DNA of 64,000 nt from an uncultured bacterium (GCA_963834265.1 CAWIAU010000001.1:263572-327571); one strand, 5' to 3'. Numbered from the stretch's first letter, positions 18,733-28,669 are shown. The notes: generated from the letters alone by a model not told the origin. Translations and numbers: made by a program.

Positions 18733-18761
18733 TTGCACCTCTGTTTGAAAAGAGTCATACT
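18733..18761 (+). promoter_or_regulatory. candidate promoter of giant gene 1
   Basis: TTGCAC (18733-18738), a 17-nt spacer, then CATACT (18756-18761). An A-rich leader follows, with no clear SD. Confidence 0.4.
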
Positions 18762-18826
18762 GTTGGCAGTTATTTACTAATATAAATAGTAAAAACTAAA
18801 ACAAAAACCAAAAACAAAAACAAATA

Positions 18827-21800
18827 ATGCTTTCTCAGCGACCACGATTCTATAACCTGTTGGTTAGGGGTAAATCCCTGGCATTAGTTTTCCTGCTCCT
18901 GTTTCTGACAGGAGTTTTTTCTTATACGCGCACGCATACACCTACGCCCGTATACGCGGCTACCTCTGCTAATATCAATTTTCAGGCCCGGCTCCAGTCA
19001 GCCAGCGGAGCTATCGTTCCGGACGGCAACTATCACATGGAGTTTAAACTTTATACATCTGCCAGCGGTGGCTCAGCTGTTTGGACTGAGACCCGAAGTA
19101 CCGGTAACCTAGTCAGAACAGTAAACGGTTATCTGACAGTAAATCTTGGCAGCGTAAACGCCTTTCCTTCCGGAATGAACTGGGATCAGGAACACTGGCT
19201 GACCATGAATGTTGGCGGAAGTGGCGGCTCTCCGGTCTATGATGGCGAAATGACACCCCGGCTCAAACTTACAGCCACACCGTACGCCTTTAGTGCCGGC
19301 CAGCTTCGCAAAACCCTTGGTGCAAACACCAGTGTCCTGGACTTCCTGAACCCGACTGCTAACAGGACGCTTAATCTACCGGATCAGGACGGTACTCTTT
19401 GTGTTCAGGGATCACCTGATTGTGTTGATGTGGCTACCACAGGGACTACTGCCACGACATCAAGCAATTCCGGATTGGAGATCGGTATTGATGGATTACG
19501 GCTATTGGGAGGTTGTAGCGATAACCAGTCACTCAAATGGGATGCAACCGCAGAAGAGTGGAAGTGTACCTCAGGTAGCGGATCGTCAATCGGCGTCCGT
19601 GAAAGCGACGGATCGCCCAGCATGTCAGCCGATGTTATAGAGTTTGGCCCGTCAGGCGCATCTGACAGCGAATTTATTGTTACGAACGAAGGCAGTGGTG
19701 TCAGCAGGATACGATTAGGAAACGACGTACTATTGCTCACTAACTATGCCGCTACACTCGACGCTACCTACGTAAACGAATCCCAGTCGCCGGCCGCCGG
19801 CGATGTCTCCGGTTCATTCACAGCCGGTTTCAGTGTTAACGATGTCCAGAACAATGCCGTTGATCTGGGAGCCGAGACAGTCGGGGACTACATGGCCAAC
19901 CTCGGCACCGTAGTCGGATTAACTATTACAGGCACTAACAGTGGCGAAGGCAGTACGCCGGGCCTTAGTGTTACTTACGGATTCGGTGCTAACACCGCCG
20001 TACAGGGCAGCACCCAGCTTACCTGTGCTTCCGGCAGTGGTGATCTGTCCGGTGGCGGCACTGTCATAACTCTGGGCAGCGGCGGTACCTGCGGTGCCAT
20101 AACCATATCCGAAGCCCCCGTCTTTGATACCAGCGTTACCACCCCGCTTATTACTTACGGCGGCGCCCTGACCATCCAGACCACCGCTACCGGTGGCGCT
20201 GATGATCTGATCTTTAAAACCGCCGGCACGGAAGTTATGCGCCTGCTGGAAAACGGCAATATTTATCTGGAGAAAGGCACTAATGATGTCACCATAGCCG
20301 TAAATGCTCCCGGTGCCGCCGCCACCTACACCTTTGACGGAGCCAGCGGAACTATCCTGACCACTGCCAACTACGTTACTAACCTCGACGCTACCTACGT
20401 AAACGAATCCCAGTCGCCGGCCGCCGGCGATGTCTCCGGTTCATTCACAGCCGGTTTCAGTGTTAACGATGTCCAGAACAATGCCGTTGATCTGGGAGCC
20501 GAGACAGTCGGGGACTACATGGCCAACCTCGGCACCGTAGTCGGATTAACTATTACAGGCACTAACAGTGGCGAAGGCAGTACGCCGGGCCTTAGTGTTA
20601 CTTACGGATTCGGTGCTAACACCGCCGTACAGGGCAGCACCCAGCTTACCTGTGCTTCCGGCAGTGGTGATCTGTCCGGTGGCGGCACTGTCATAACTCT
20701 GGGCAGCGGCGGTACCTGCGGTGCCATAACCATATCCGAAGCCCCCGTCTTTGATACCAGCGTTACCACCCCGCTTATTACTTACGGCGGCGCCCTGACC
20801 ATCCAGACCACCGCTACCGGTGGCGCTGATGATCTGATCTTTAAAACCGCCGGCACGGAAGTTATGCGCCTGCTGGAAAACGGCAATATTTATCTGGAGA
20901 AAGGCACTAATGATGTCACCATAGCCGTAAATGCTCCCGGTGCCGCCGCCACCTACACCTTTGACGGAGCCAGCGGAACTATCCTGACCACTGCCAACTA
21001 CGTTACTAACCTCGACGCTACCTACGTAAACGAATCCCAGTCGCCGGCCGCCGGCGATGTCTCCGGTTCATTCACAGCCGGTTTCAGTGTTAACGATGTC
21101 CAGAACAATGCCGTTGATCTGGGAGCCGAGACAGTCGGGGACTACATGGCCAACCTCGGCACCGTAGTCGGATTAACTATTACAGGCACTAACAGTGGCG
21201 AAGGCAGTACGCCGGGCCTTAGTGTTACTTACGGATTCGGTGCTAACACCGCCGTACAGGGCAGCACCCAGCTTACCTGTGCTTCCGGCAGTGGTGATCT
21301 GTCCGGTGGCGGCACTGTCATAACTCTGGGCAGCGGCGGTACCTGCGGTGCCATAACCATATCCGAAGCCCCCGTCTTTGATACCAGCGTTACCACCCCG
21401 CTTATTACTTACGGCGGCGCCCTGACCATCCAGACCACCGCTACCGGTGGCGCTGATGATCTGATCTTTAAAACCGCCGGCACGGAAGTTATGCGCCTGC
21501 TGGAAAACGGCAATATTTATCTGGAGAAAGGCACTAATGATGTCACCATAGCCGTAAATGCTCCCGGTGCCGCCGCCACCTACACCTTTGACGGAGCCAG
21601 CGGAACTATCCTGACCACTGCCAACTACGTTACTAACCTCGACGCTACCTACGTAAACGAATCCCAGTCGCCGGCCGCCGGCGATGTCTCCGGTTCATTC
21701 ACAGCCGGTTTCAGTGTTAACGATGTCCAGAACAATGCCGTTGATCTGGGAGCCGAGACAGTCGGGGACTACATGGCCAACCTCGGCACCGTAGTCGGAT

Positions 21801-24800
21801 TAACTATTACAGGCACTAACAGTGGCGAAGGCAGTACGCCGGGCCTTAGTGTTACTTACGGATTCGGTGCTAACACCGCCGTACAGGGCAGCACCCAGCT
21901 TACCTGTGCTTCCGGCAGTGGTGATCTGTCCGGTGGCGGCACTGTCATAACTCTGGGCAGCGGCGGTACCTGCGGTGCCATAACCATATCCGAAGCCCCC
22001 GTCTTTGATACCAGCGTTACCACCCCGCTTATTACTTACGGCGGCGCCCTGACCATCCAGACCACCGCTACCGGTGGCGCTGATGATCTGATCTTTAAAA
22101 CCGCCGGCACGGAAGTTATGCGCCTGCTGGAAAACGGCAATATTTATCTGGAGAAAGGCACTAATGATGTCACCATAGCCGTAAATGCTCCCGGTGCCGC
22201 CGCCACCTACACCTTTGACGGAGCCAGCGGAACTATCCTGACCACTGCCAACTACGTTACTAACCTCGACGCTACCTACGTAAACGAATCCCAGTCGCCG
22301 GCCGCCGGCGATGTCTCCGGTTCATTCACAGCCGGTTTCAGTGTTAACGATGTCCAGAACAATGCCGTTGATCTGGGAGCCGAGACAGTCGGGGACTACA
22401 TGGCCAACCTCGGCACCGTAGTCGGATTAACTATTACAGGCACTAACAGTGGCGAAGGCAGTACGCCGGGCCTTAGTGTTACTTACGGATTCGGTGCTAA
22501 CACCGCCGTACAGGGCAGCACCCAGCTTACCTGTGCTTCCGGCAGTGGTGATCTGTCCGGTGGCGGCACTGTCATAACTCTGGGCAGCGGCGGTACCTGC
22601 GGTGCCATAACCATATCCGAAGCCCCCGTCTTTGATACCAGCGTTACCACCCCGCTTATTACTTACGGCGGCGCCCTGACCATCCAGACCACCGCTACCG
22701 GTGGCGCTGATGATCTGATCTTTAAAACCGCCGGCACGGAAGTTATGCGCCTGCTGGAAAACGGCAATATTTATCTGGAGAAAGGCACTAATGATGTCAC
22801 CATAGCCGTAAATGCTCCCGGTGCCGCCGCCACCTACACCTTTGACGGAGCCAGCGGAACTATCCTGACCACTGCCAACTACGTTACTAACCTCGACGCT
22901 ACCTACGTAAACGAATCCCAGTCGCCGGCCGCCGGCGATGTCTCCGGTTCATTCACAGCCGGTTTCAGTGTTAACGATGTCCAGAACAATGCCGTTGATC
23001 TGGGAGCCGAGACAGTCGGGGACTACATGGCCAACCTCGGCACCGTAGTCGGATTAACTATTACAGGCACTAACAGTGGCGAAGGCAGTACGCCGGGCCT
23101 TAGTGTTACTTACGGATTCGGTGCTAACACCGCCGTACAGGGCAGCACCCAGCTTACCTGTGCTTCCGGCAGTGGTGATCTGTCCGGTGGCGGCACTGTC
23201 ATAACTCTGGGCAGCGGCGGTACCTGCGGTGCCATAACCATATCCGAAGCCCCCGTCTTTGATACCAGCGTTACCACCCCGCTTATTACTTACGGCGGCG
23301 CCCTGACCATCCAGACCACCGCTACCGGTGGCGCTGATGATCTGATCTTTAAAACCGCCGGCACGGAAGTTATGCGCCTGCTGGAAAACGGCAATATTTA
23401 TCTGGAGAAAGGCACTAATGATGTCACCATAGCCGTAAATGCTCCCGGTGCCGCCGCCACCTACACCTTTGACGGAGCCAGCGGAACTATCCTGACCACT
23501 GCCAACTACGTTACTAACCTCGACGCTACCTACGTAAACGAATCCCAGTCGCCGGCCGCCGGCGATGTCTCCGGTTCATTCACAGCCGGTTTCAGTGTTA
23601 ACGATGTCCAGAACAATGCCGTTGATCTGGGAGCCGAGACAGTCGGGGACTACATGGCCAACCTCGGCACCGTAGTCGGATTAACTATTACAGGCACTAA
23701 CAGTGGCGAAGGCAGTACGCCGGGCCTTAGTGTTACTTACGGATTCGGTGCTAACACCGCCGTACAGGGCAGCACCCAGCTTACCTGTGCTTCCGGCAGT
23801 GGTGATCTGTCCGGTGGCGGCACTGTCATAACTCTGGGCAGCGGCGGTACCTGCGGTGCCATAACCATATCCGAAGCCCCCGTCTTTGATACCAGCGTTA
23901 CCACCCCGCTTATTACTTACGGCGGCGCCCTGACCATCCAGACCACCGCTACCGGTGGCGCTGATGATCTGATCTTTAAAACCGCCGGCACGGAAGTTAT
24001 GCGCCTGCTGGAAAACGGCAATATTTATCTGGAGAAAGGCACTAATGATGTCACCATAGCCGTAAATGCTCCCGGTGCCGCCGCCACCTACACCTTTGAC
24101 GGAGCCAGCGGAACTATCCTGACCACTGCCAACTACGTTACTAACCTCGACGCTACCTACGTAAACGAATCCCAGTCGCCGGCCGCCGGCGATGTCTCCG
24201 GTTCATTCACAGCCGGTTTCAGTGTTAACGATGTCCAGAACAATGCCGTTGATCTGGGAGCCGAGACAGTCGGGGACTACATGGCCAACCTCGGCACCGT
24301 AGTCGGATTAACTATTACAGGCACTAACAGTGGCGAAGGCAGTACGCCGGGCCTTAGTGTTACTTACGGATTCGGTGCTAACACCGCCGTACAGGGCAGC
24401 ACCCAGCTTACCTGTGCTTCCGGCAGTGGTGATCTGTCCGGTGGCGGCACTGTCATAACTCTGGGCAGCGGCGGTACCTGCGGTGCCATAACCATATCCG
24501 AAGCCCCCGTCTTTGATACCAGCGTTACCACCCCGCTTATTACTTACGGCGGCGCCCTGACCATCCAGACCACCGCTACCGGTGGCGCTGATGATCTGAT
24601 CTTTAAAACCGCCGGCACGGAAGTTATGCGCCTGCTGGAAAACGGCAATATTTATCTGGAGAAAGGCACTAATGATGTCACCATAGCCGTAAATGCTCCC
24701 GGTGCCGCCGCCACCTACACCTTTGACGGAGCCAGCGGAACTATCCTGACCACTGCCAACTACGTTACTAACCTCGACGCTACCTACGTAAACGAATCCC

Positions 24801-27388
24801 AGTCGCCGGCCGCCGGCGATGTCTCCGGTTCATTCACAGCCGGTTTCAGTGTTAACGATGTCCAGAACAATGCCGTTGATCTGGGAGCCGAGACAGTCGG
24901 GGACTACATGGCCAACCTCGGCACCGTAGTCGGATTAACTATTACAGGCACTAACAGTGGCGAAGGCAGTACGCCGGGCCTTAGTGTTACTTACGGATTC
25001 GGTGCTAACACCGCCGTACAGGGCAGCACCCAGCTTACCTGTGCTTCCGGCAGTGGTGATCTGTCCGGTGGCGGCACTGTCATAACTCTGGGCAGCGGCG
25101 GTACCTGCGGTGCCATAACCATATCCGAAGCCCCCGTCTTTGATACCAGCGTTACCACCCCGCTTATTACTTACGGCGGCGCCCTGACCATCCAGACCAC
25201 CGCTACCGGTGGCGCTGATGATCTGATCTTTAAAACCGCCGGCACGGAAAAAATTCGAATATTAGAAAATGGCACACTGGTATTTGGTACTGGTGCCAAC
25301 AGTGCTAATTTGTACTTGTCTGCAAATGACACTCTGAGGACGGATGATCTGTTTGTAGCAGGAGCAGGATTAAGCGTGTTAGCAAATGGTGCTACAATTG
25401 CTGGTGATTTCAGTATCGACGGACTGGTATTTGATCCAACAGGTAATCTTGTGCTAAACGACACCGTGGATATTGGCTCAGCTACAACAGGACTTCGGGT
25501 AAATACGGACGGGTCAATATTCGACATTGATGGTGTTCTTGTTTTAAACGATCAACTAAACCTAGGCTCATCCTCAACAGGTCTATTAATTACTACATCA
25601 GGAATAATTACGGATATTGATGGGGCAAGTGTTGTATTTGGTGAAAACATCACTGTAAATACAGGAGGTATTACCGTAACAGGCAATAGCACTATTAATG
25701 GGACGCTCGGGTCTTTGACCGGCTTGACTGTAATTAGTGGAGGAGCATCGATAAGTGGAGGCTTGAATAATAACAGTGGCGGACTGACTAACGCCGGATC
25801 TATTACAGGAGTAGGCGGTAATATAACAGGATCAGGAAGTATGACTATATCCTCCGGAGCTGCTGCGGCACTGACGCTAGATTCCGGAACAACCGGTGGC
25901 CTGAACATCGGCACCGGCAATAATGCCAAAACCATCAATATCGGCACCGGTACGGCCGGCAACGCTATCAACATCGGTACCAATAACACCACGGCCGACA
26001 CGATCCAGATTGGCTCGGCTCTGGATACGCTGACGCTCACGGGTTCCTCTTTAACTACATTTGTAATCAACGCAATAACCGTAGACGCTACCGAGTTTAA
26101 CCGGCTCGACGGCAAAAACGCAGCACTGGTTGATGAAAATGACTTCATCAGCGGGGACGGAACTGGCGGTACAAGCAATGGGTCCGGATTGGAAGCAGGT
26201 ACCGGTGGAATTGGGCTATTGCAAGGTTGCACCAACAATCAAATTTTGAAATGGGTAGATGCAAGTTCTGTCTGGAACTGCGCGGCTGACGCCACAGGTA
26301 TTTCTGATTCCCGGGTTAAGAAAAATGTCCAAACTGTCGAAGGAGCTATGCTGGATAAAATTAAGGATATTCGGGTAGTAGAATTTGACTATGACTGCAC
26401 CAGCCCGGCGTTTGCTTACCAGCACTGCGACATAGACCACCAAACAGGTGTTATCGCGCAGGAACTTGCTCAAATCTTTCCGGAACTTGTCACCCAGGAT
26501 GAGCACGGCTATTATAGCGTTAGATACGACGCATTAGCCATCTATAACCTCAAAGCCGTGGGAGAACTAGCACGTTCGTTAGATTCTCAAGGTAACGGTA
26601 AGTTTAATAATGTTTCATCAAATTCACTTGTTGTAAAAGGAGATATTATAGCTGGCACAATCCGTGCTGACAGGATAGAAGGCCTGGACTATGTTGGCCG
26701 GTTTGAATCTTTGGAAGAAAGAGTAGACCATCTTGAGAAAAATAATAACTTTCAGAATAATAACTTTGCGGGCACAGTAGAAGTTGGTTCATTGATTGCC
26801 AATAAAGAAGTTGACCTAAAAAATGATGTGCGAATTAACGGTAGCACAGACCTGCAGAGATTAAATGTAAATCTTGCTTTAATCGCCAAAGACTCCTTTG
26901 AAGTGCTAGGAAGATCTACCTTCAAAGAGGCGTCCGGATTCGAGAAAGATGTACATTTTGATGGCCAAATTAACGTGCTTGGTTACACGAATGTCCAGGG
27001 CCTAAGCGTAAACCTTGACTTGATTGTTAAAGGCTCATTGCAGCTCGACGGGCCGGCCACCTTCAAGGAGGCAGTCAAATTCGAGAAAGACGCTGAATTT
27101 GCGGGTAATGTGTCTGTAAAAGGACAGGCCACGTTCAACGGTGATACGGCGGGGTATGCCATCATTAAAAAAGGCGAAAAAAGCCTTGCGATTAAGTTTA
27201 AAAACCCTAAGCCACAAATACCGATCGTTACCATGTCGCTTGGTAATGGCAAGTTTGCCTCCTACAGTTACCAGAATGTAACAAAAGAGGGCTTCGAGAT
27301 TATTCTGGCTAATGCCGCTGACGAAGATCTTAGCTTCTCATGGATTGCTATTCTAACCCAAAGTGAGGAAATTTCTGCTATGCCGTAG
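18827..27388 (+). CDS. giant repetitive fibre/adhesin-like surface protein 1 (2,853 aa) with internal S74-type autoprocessing domain
   Basis: Uninterrupted 8,562-nt ORF. It has an N-terminal signal/anchor (LALVFLLLFLTGVF), 8.76 identical 209-aa repeats, G/T/N-rich repeats, ISDSRVKKNV..GVIAQELAQIFPELV..YSVRYDALAIYNLKA (S74/ICA pattern), and then 361 aa counted from the Ser to the C-terminus. Confidence 0.9.
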   Translation: MLSQRPRFYNLLVRGKSLALVFLLLFLTGVFSYTRTHTPTPVYAATSANINFQARLQSASGAIVPDGNYHMEFKLYTSASGGSAVWTETRSTGNLVRTVNGYLTVNLGSVNAFPSGMNWDQEHWLTMNVGGSGGSPVYDGEMTPRLKLTATPYAFSAGQLRKTLGANTSVLDFLNPTANRTLNLPDQDGTLCVQGSPDCVDVATTGTTATTSSNSGLEIGIDGLRLLGGCSDNQSLKWDATAEEWKCTSGSGSSIGVRESDGSPSMSADVIEFGPSGASDSEFIVTNEGSGVSRIRLGNDVLLLTNYAATLDATYVNESQSPAAGDVSGSFTAGFSVNDVQNNAVDLGAETVGDYMANLGTVVGLTITGTNSGEGSTPGLSVTYGFGANTAVQGSTQLTCASGSGDLSGGGTVITLGSGGTCGAITISEAPVFDTSVTTPLITYGGALTIQTTATGGADDLIFKTAGTEVMRLLENGNIYLEKGTNDVTIAVNAPGAAATYTFDGASGTILTTANYVTNLDATYVNESQSPAAGDVSGSFTAGFSVNDVQNNAVDLGAETVGDYMANLGTVVGLTITGTNSGEGSTPGLSVTYGFGANTAVQGSTQLTCASGSGDLSGGGTVITLGSGGTCGAITISEAPVFDTSVTTPLITYGGALTIQTTATGGADDLIFKTAGTEVMRLLENGNIYLEKGTNDVTIAVNAPGAAATYTFDGASGTILTTANYVTNLDATYVNESQSPAAGDVSGSFTAGFSVNDVQNNAVDLGAETVGDYMANLGTVVGLTITGTNSGEGSTPGLSVTYGFGANTAVQGSTQLTCASGSGDLSGGGTVITLGSGGTCGAITISEAPVFDTSVTTPLITYGGALTIQTTATGGADDLIFKTAGTEVMRLLENGNIYLEKGTNDVTIAVNAPGAAATYTFDGASGTILTTANYVTNLDATYVNESQSPAAGDVSGSFTAGFSVNDVQNNAVDLGAETVGDYMANLGTVVGLTITGTNSGEGSTPGLSVTYGFGANTAVQGSTQLTCASGSGDLSGGGTVITLGSGGTCGAITISEAPVFDTSVTTPLITYGGALTIQTTATGGADDLIFKTAGTEVMRLLENGNIYLEKGTNDVTIAVNAPGAAATYTFDGASGTILTTANYVTNLDATYVNESQSPAAGDVSGSFTAGFSVNDVQNNAVDLGAETVGDYMANLGTVVGLTITGTNSGEGSTPGLSVTYGFGANTAVQGSTQLTCASGSGDLSGGGTVITLGSGGTCGAITISEAPVFDTSVTTPLITYGGALTIQTTATGGADDLIFKTAGTEVMRLLENGNIYLEKGTNDVTIAVNAPGAAATYTFDGASGTILTTANYVTNLDATYVNESQSPAAGDVSGSFTAGFSVNDVQNNAVDLGAETVGDYMANLGTVVGLTITGTNSGEGSTPGLSVTYGFGANTAVQGSTQLTCASGSGDLSGGGTVITLGSGGTCGAITISEAPVFDTSVTTPLITYGGALTIQTTATGGADDLIFKTAGTEVMRLLENGNIYLEKGTNDVTIAVNAPGAAATYTFDGASGTILTTANYVTNLDATYVNESQSPAAGDVSGSFTAGFSVNDVQNNAVDLGAETVGDYMANLGTVVGLTITGTNSGEGSTPGLSVTYGFGANTAVQGSTQLTCASGSGDLSGGGTVITLGSGGTCGAITISEAPVFDTSVTTPLITYGGALTIQTTATGGADDLIFKTAGTEVMRLLENGNIYLEKGTNDVTIAVNAPGAAATYTFDGASGTILTTANYVTNLDATYVNESQSPAAGDVSGSFTAGFSVNDVQNNAVDLGAETVGDYMANLGTVVGLTITGTNSGEGSTPGLSVTYGFGANTAVQGSTQLTCASGSGDLSGGGTVITLGSGGTCGAITISEAPVFDTSVTTPLITYGGALTIQTTATGGADDLIFKTAGTEVMRLLENGNIYLEKGTNDVTIAVNAPGAAATYTFDGASGTILTTANYVTNLDATYVNESQSPAAGDVSGSFTAGFSVNDVQNNAVDLGAETVGDYMANLGTVVGLTITGTNSGEGSTPGLSVTYGFGANTAVQGSTQLTCASGSGDLSGGGTVITLGSGGTCGAITISEAPVFDTSVTTPLITYGGALTIQTTATGGADDLIFKTAGTEKIRILENGTLVFGTGANSANLYLSANDTLRTDDLFVAGAGLSVLANGATIAGDFSIDGLVFDPTGNLVLNDTVDIGSATTGLRVNTDGSIFDIDGVLVLNDQLNLGSSSTGLLITTSGIITDIDGASVVFGENITVNTGGITVTGNSTINGTLGSLTGLTVISGGASISGGLNNNSGGLTNAGSITGVGGNITGSGSMTISSGAAAALTLDSGTTGGLNIGTGNNAKTINIGTGTAGNAINIGTNNTTADTIQIGSALDTLTLTGSSLTTFVINAITVDATEFNRLDGKNAALVDENDFISGDGTGGTSNGSGLEAGTGGIGLLQGCTNNQILKWVDASSVWNCAADATGISDSRVKKNVQTVEGAMLDKIKDIRVVEFDYDCTSPAFAYQHCDIDHQTGVIAQELAQIFPELVTQDEHGYYSVRYDALAIYNLKAVGELARSLDSQGNGKFNNVSSNSLVVKGDIIAGTIRADRIEGLDYVGRFESLEERVDHLEKNNNFQNNNFAGTVEVGSLIANKEVDLKNDVRINGSTDLQRLNVNLALIAKDSFEVLGRSTFKEASGFEKDVHFDGQINVLGYTNVQGLSVNLDLIVKGSLQLDGPATFKEAVKFEKDAEFAGNVSVKGQATFNGDTAGYAIIKKGEKSLAIKFKNPKPQIPIVTMSLGNGKFASYSYQNVTKEGFEIILANAADEDLSFSWIAILTQSEEISAMP
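19757..25249 (+). repeat. in-frame tandem repeat, 8.76 x 627 bp, no differences seen between copies
   Basis: The landmark ACGCTACCTA recurs at 19761, 20388, 21015 and onward. GGCACGGAA at 20225 and 25241 are 8 x 627 bp apart. All translated units are identical. Confidence 0.95.
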
Positions 27389-27451
27389 AGAAGACTTGAT
27401 TAATTGTTGTTATTTTACTATGCTAAACATAAGAAAAAAGAAGGGAACACT

Positions 27452-27922
27452 GTGGCCAAAACCGATAAAGACAATGATGTTTCAATAAAAAAAACCAGAA
27501 GACTCAAGATGGAGATCAAAAAAGCCCACCTGATAATAATGGCTTTGTTGCTGATTATGGCCGGTGGCGCTTATTTTGGCTATCAGAAATACGATGAAGT
27601 AAACCAGGAGAAGCAGCGTTTATCTGATCCTCAGGAAGCGGCCCGTCAGGAAACCCAGCGAACTAAAGAGCAAGTTGCAAAGCTTATAGATGTACCCCAA
27701 GGCGAGGATCCGACAATCGCAAGTGTGGTCGATGCCTCAAAGTTATCCAATCAATCGTTTTTTAAGAACGCAAAAAATGGTGACAAGGTACTTATGTATG
27801 CCCAAGCCAAAAAAGCTATCCTGTATCGTCCTGACTCCAATAAGATTATAGAAGTCGCACCGATCAACATCGGTAACAACGAACAGCCAGCCGCACCAGC
27901 AGGTACTGAGACGCCACAGTAG
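27452..27922 (+). CDS. single-pass membrane protein, partner of giant 1 (paralog of 41342-41974)
   Basis: GTG at 27452 follows GAAGGGA. Alternative starts are TTG 27404 and ATG 27509. TM segment AHLIIMALLLIMAGGAYFGY. The C-terminal domain ..PTIASVVDASKLSNQSFFKNAKNGDKVLMYAQAKKAILYRPDSNKIIEVAPINIG is about 55% identical to its paralog. Confidence 0.65.
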   Translation: MAKTDKDNDVSIKKTRRLKMEIKKAHLIIMALLLIMAGGAYFGYQKYDEVNQEKQRLSDPQEAARQETQRTKEQVAKLIDVPQGEDPTIASVVDASKLSNQSFFKNAKNGDKVLMYAQAKKAILYRPDSNKIIEVAPINIGNNEQPAAPAGTETPQ

Positions 27923-28228
27923 GTAAACCGGTTCTTTCGATAAAGAGCCAAATCAGTGTTCTTCCGACGAAGAACCAAGTCGATACTTTTGTCTCCAGCA
28001 ACAAAAGTACCCAAAAACGCCGCAGGCGGCCGGAGATTCTTTATGATCTCATCGTCAAAACACACAATGCTCGGCAAACTCACCAATTTTTAACTATTTT
28101 CAATGAGAAATTGGCTTAAACACTGCCTCGGCTCTAATTGTGCTTATTGACACTCTTTCATCAGGAATCCCCAGCAAGCCTGAACAAATCCATGGACTAC
28201 GCATTTTACAGATGAGAACAAAACTATG

Positions 28229-28257
28229 CTTGCATATTTATAGTTTTTATGCTAATA
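28229..28257 (+). promoter_or_regulatory. strong candidate promoter (leaderless arrangement)
   Basis: TTGCAT (28229-28234), a 17-nt spacer, then TGcTAATAT (-10 at 28252-28257). The ATG lies 8 nt downstream, at 28265. Confidence 0.55.
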
Positions 28258-28264
28258 TGTATTT

Positions 28265-28669
28265 ATGTCTAAAAATTCAGCTCCCAACCAACTAAAACCC
28301 CTAACCATACATCCTGAAACTGCCGTAGAGCTTTATGGAGCCGGCGTCCGCCGACTTCGCAAACCTAAACCGATGACTACCCCTAATGGACTTGATACTA
28401 ACTCTTTAGATTTCCGTGGCGTTCGTGCTGCCATGGACGTTGTCGGCGTATTTCCCCATACATATGATGCTGACGGCCGTCGCAATCCAGTAGATCCAAA
28501 TGAAGTAAAAACTCATATGGACTCGAGCTTGGCCACAATTAGAGAAGCTGGCCGCGTTCCGTTGGCTGATGATTTCGTTGGAGGCTATAAACGTATGACA
28601 GAAGCGTTCACTCGTCCACAAGAGCCAATAACACCCGCAGAACAAATTCACATAACGCAACGGCAATAA
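28265..28669 (+). CDS. hypothetical protein (134 aa)
   Basis: ATG ORF directly behind the promoter. No recognisable family. Confidence 0.5.
   Translation: MSKNSAPNQLKPLTIHPETAVELYGAGVRRLRKPKPMTTPNGLDTNSLDFRGVRAAMDVVGVFPHTYDADGRRNPVDPNEVKTHMDSSLATIREAGRVPLADDFVGGYKRMTEAFTRPQEPITPAEQIHITQRQ

Noticed and set aside
19757-25249. Whether the perfect repeat arrays could be CRISPR arrays or non-coding satellites
   Set aside because: The units are 627 and 993 bp with no unique spacers. They are exact multiples of 3 and stay in frame within long ORFs, and no cas genes are present.
27751-28086. A 111-aa minus-strand ORF downstream of the giant-1 partner gene (..IVCFDDEIIKNLRPPAAFLGTFVAGDKSIDLVLRRKNTDLALY..)
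   Set aside because: Half of it overlaps the better-supported plus-strand gene. It has no RBS and no recognisable family. It could be a gene remnant but the evidence is insufficient.
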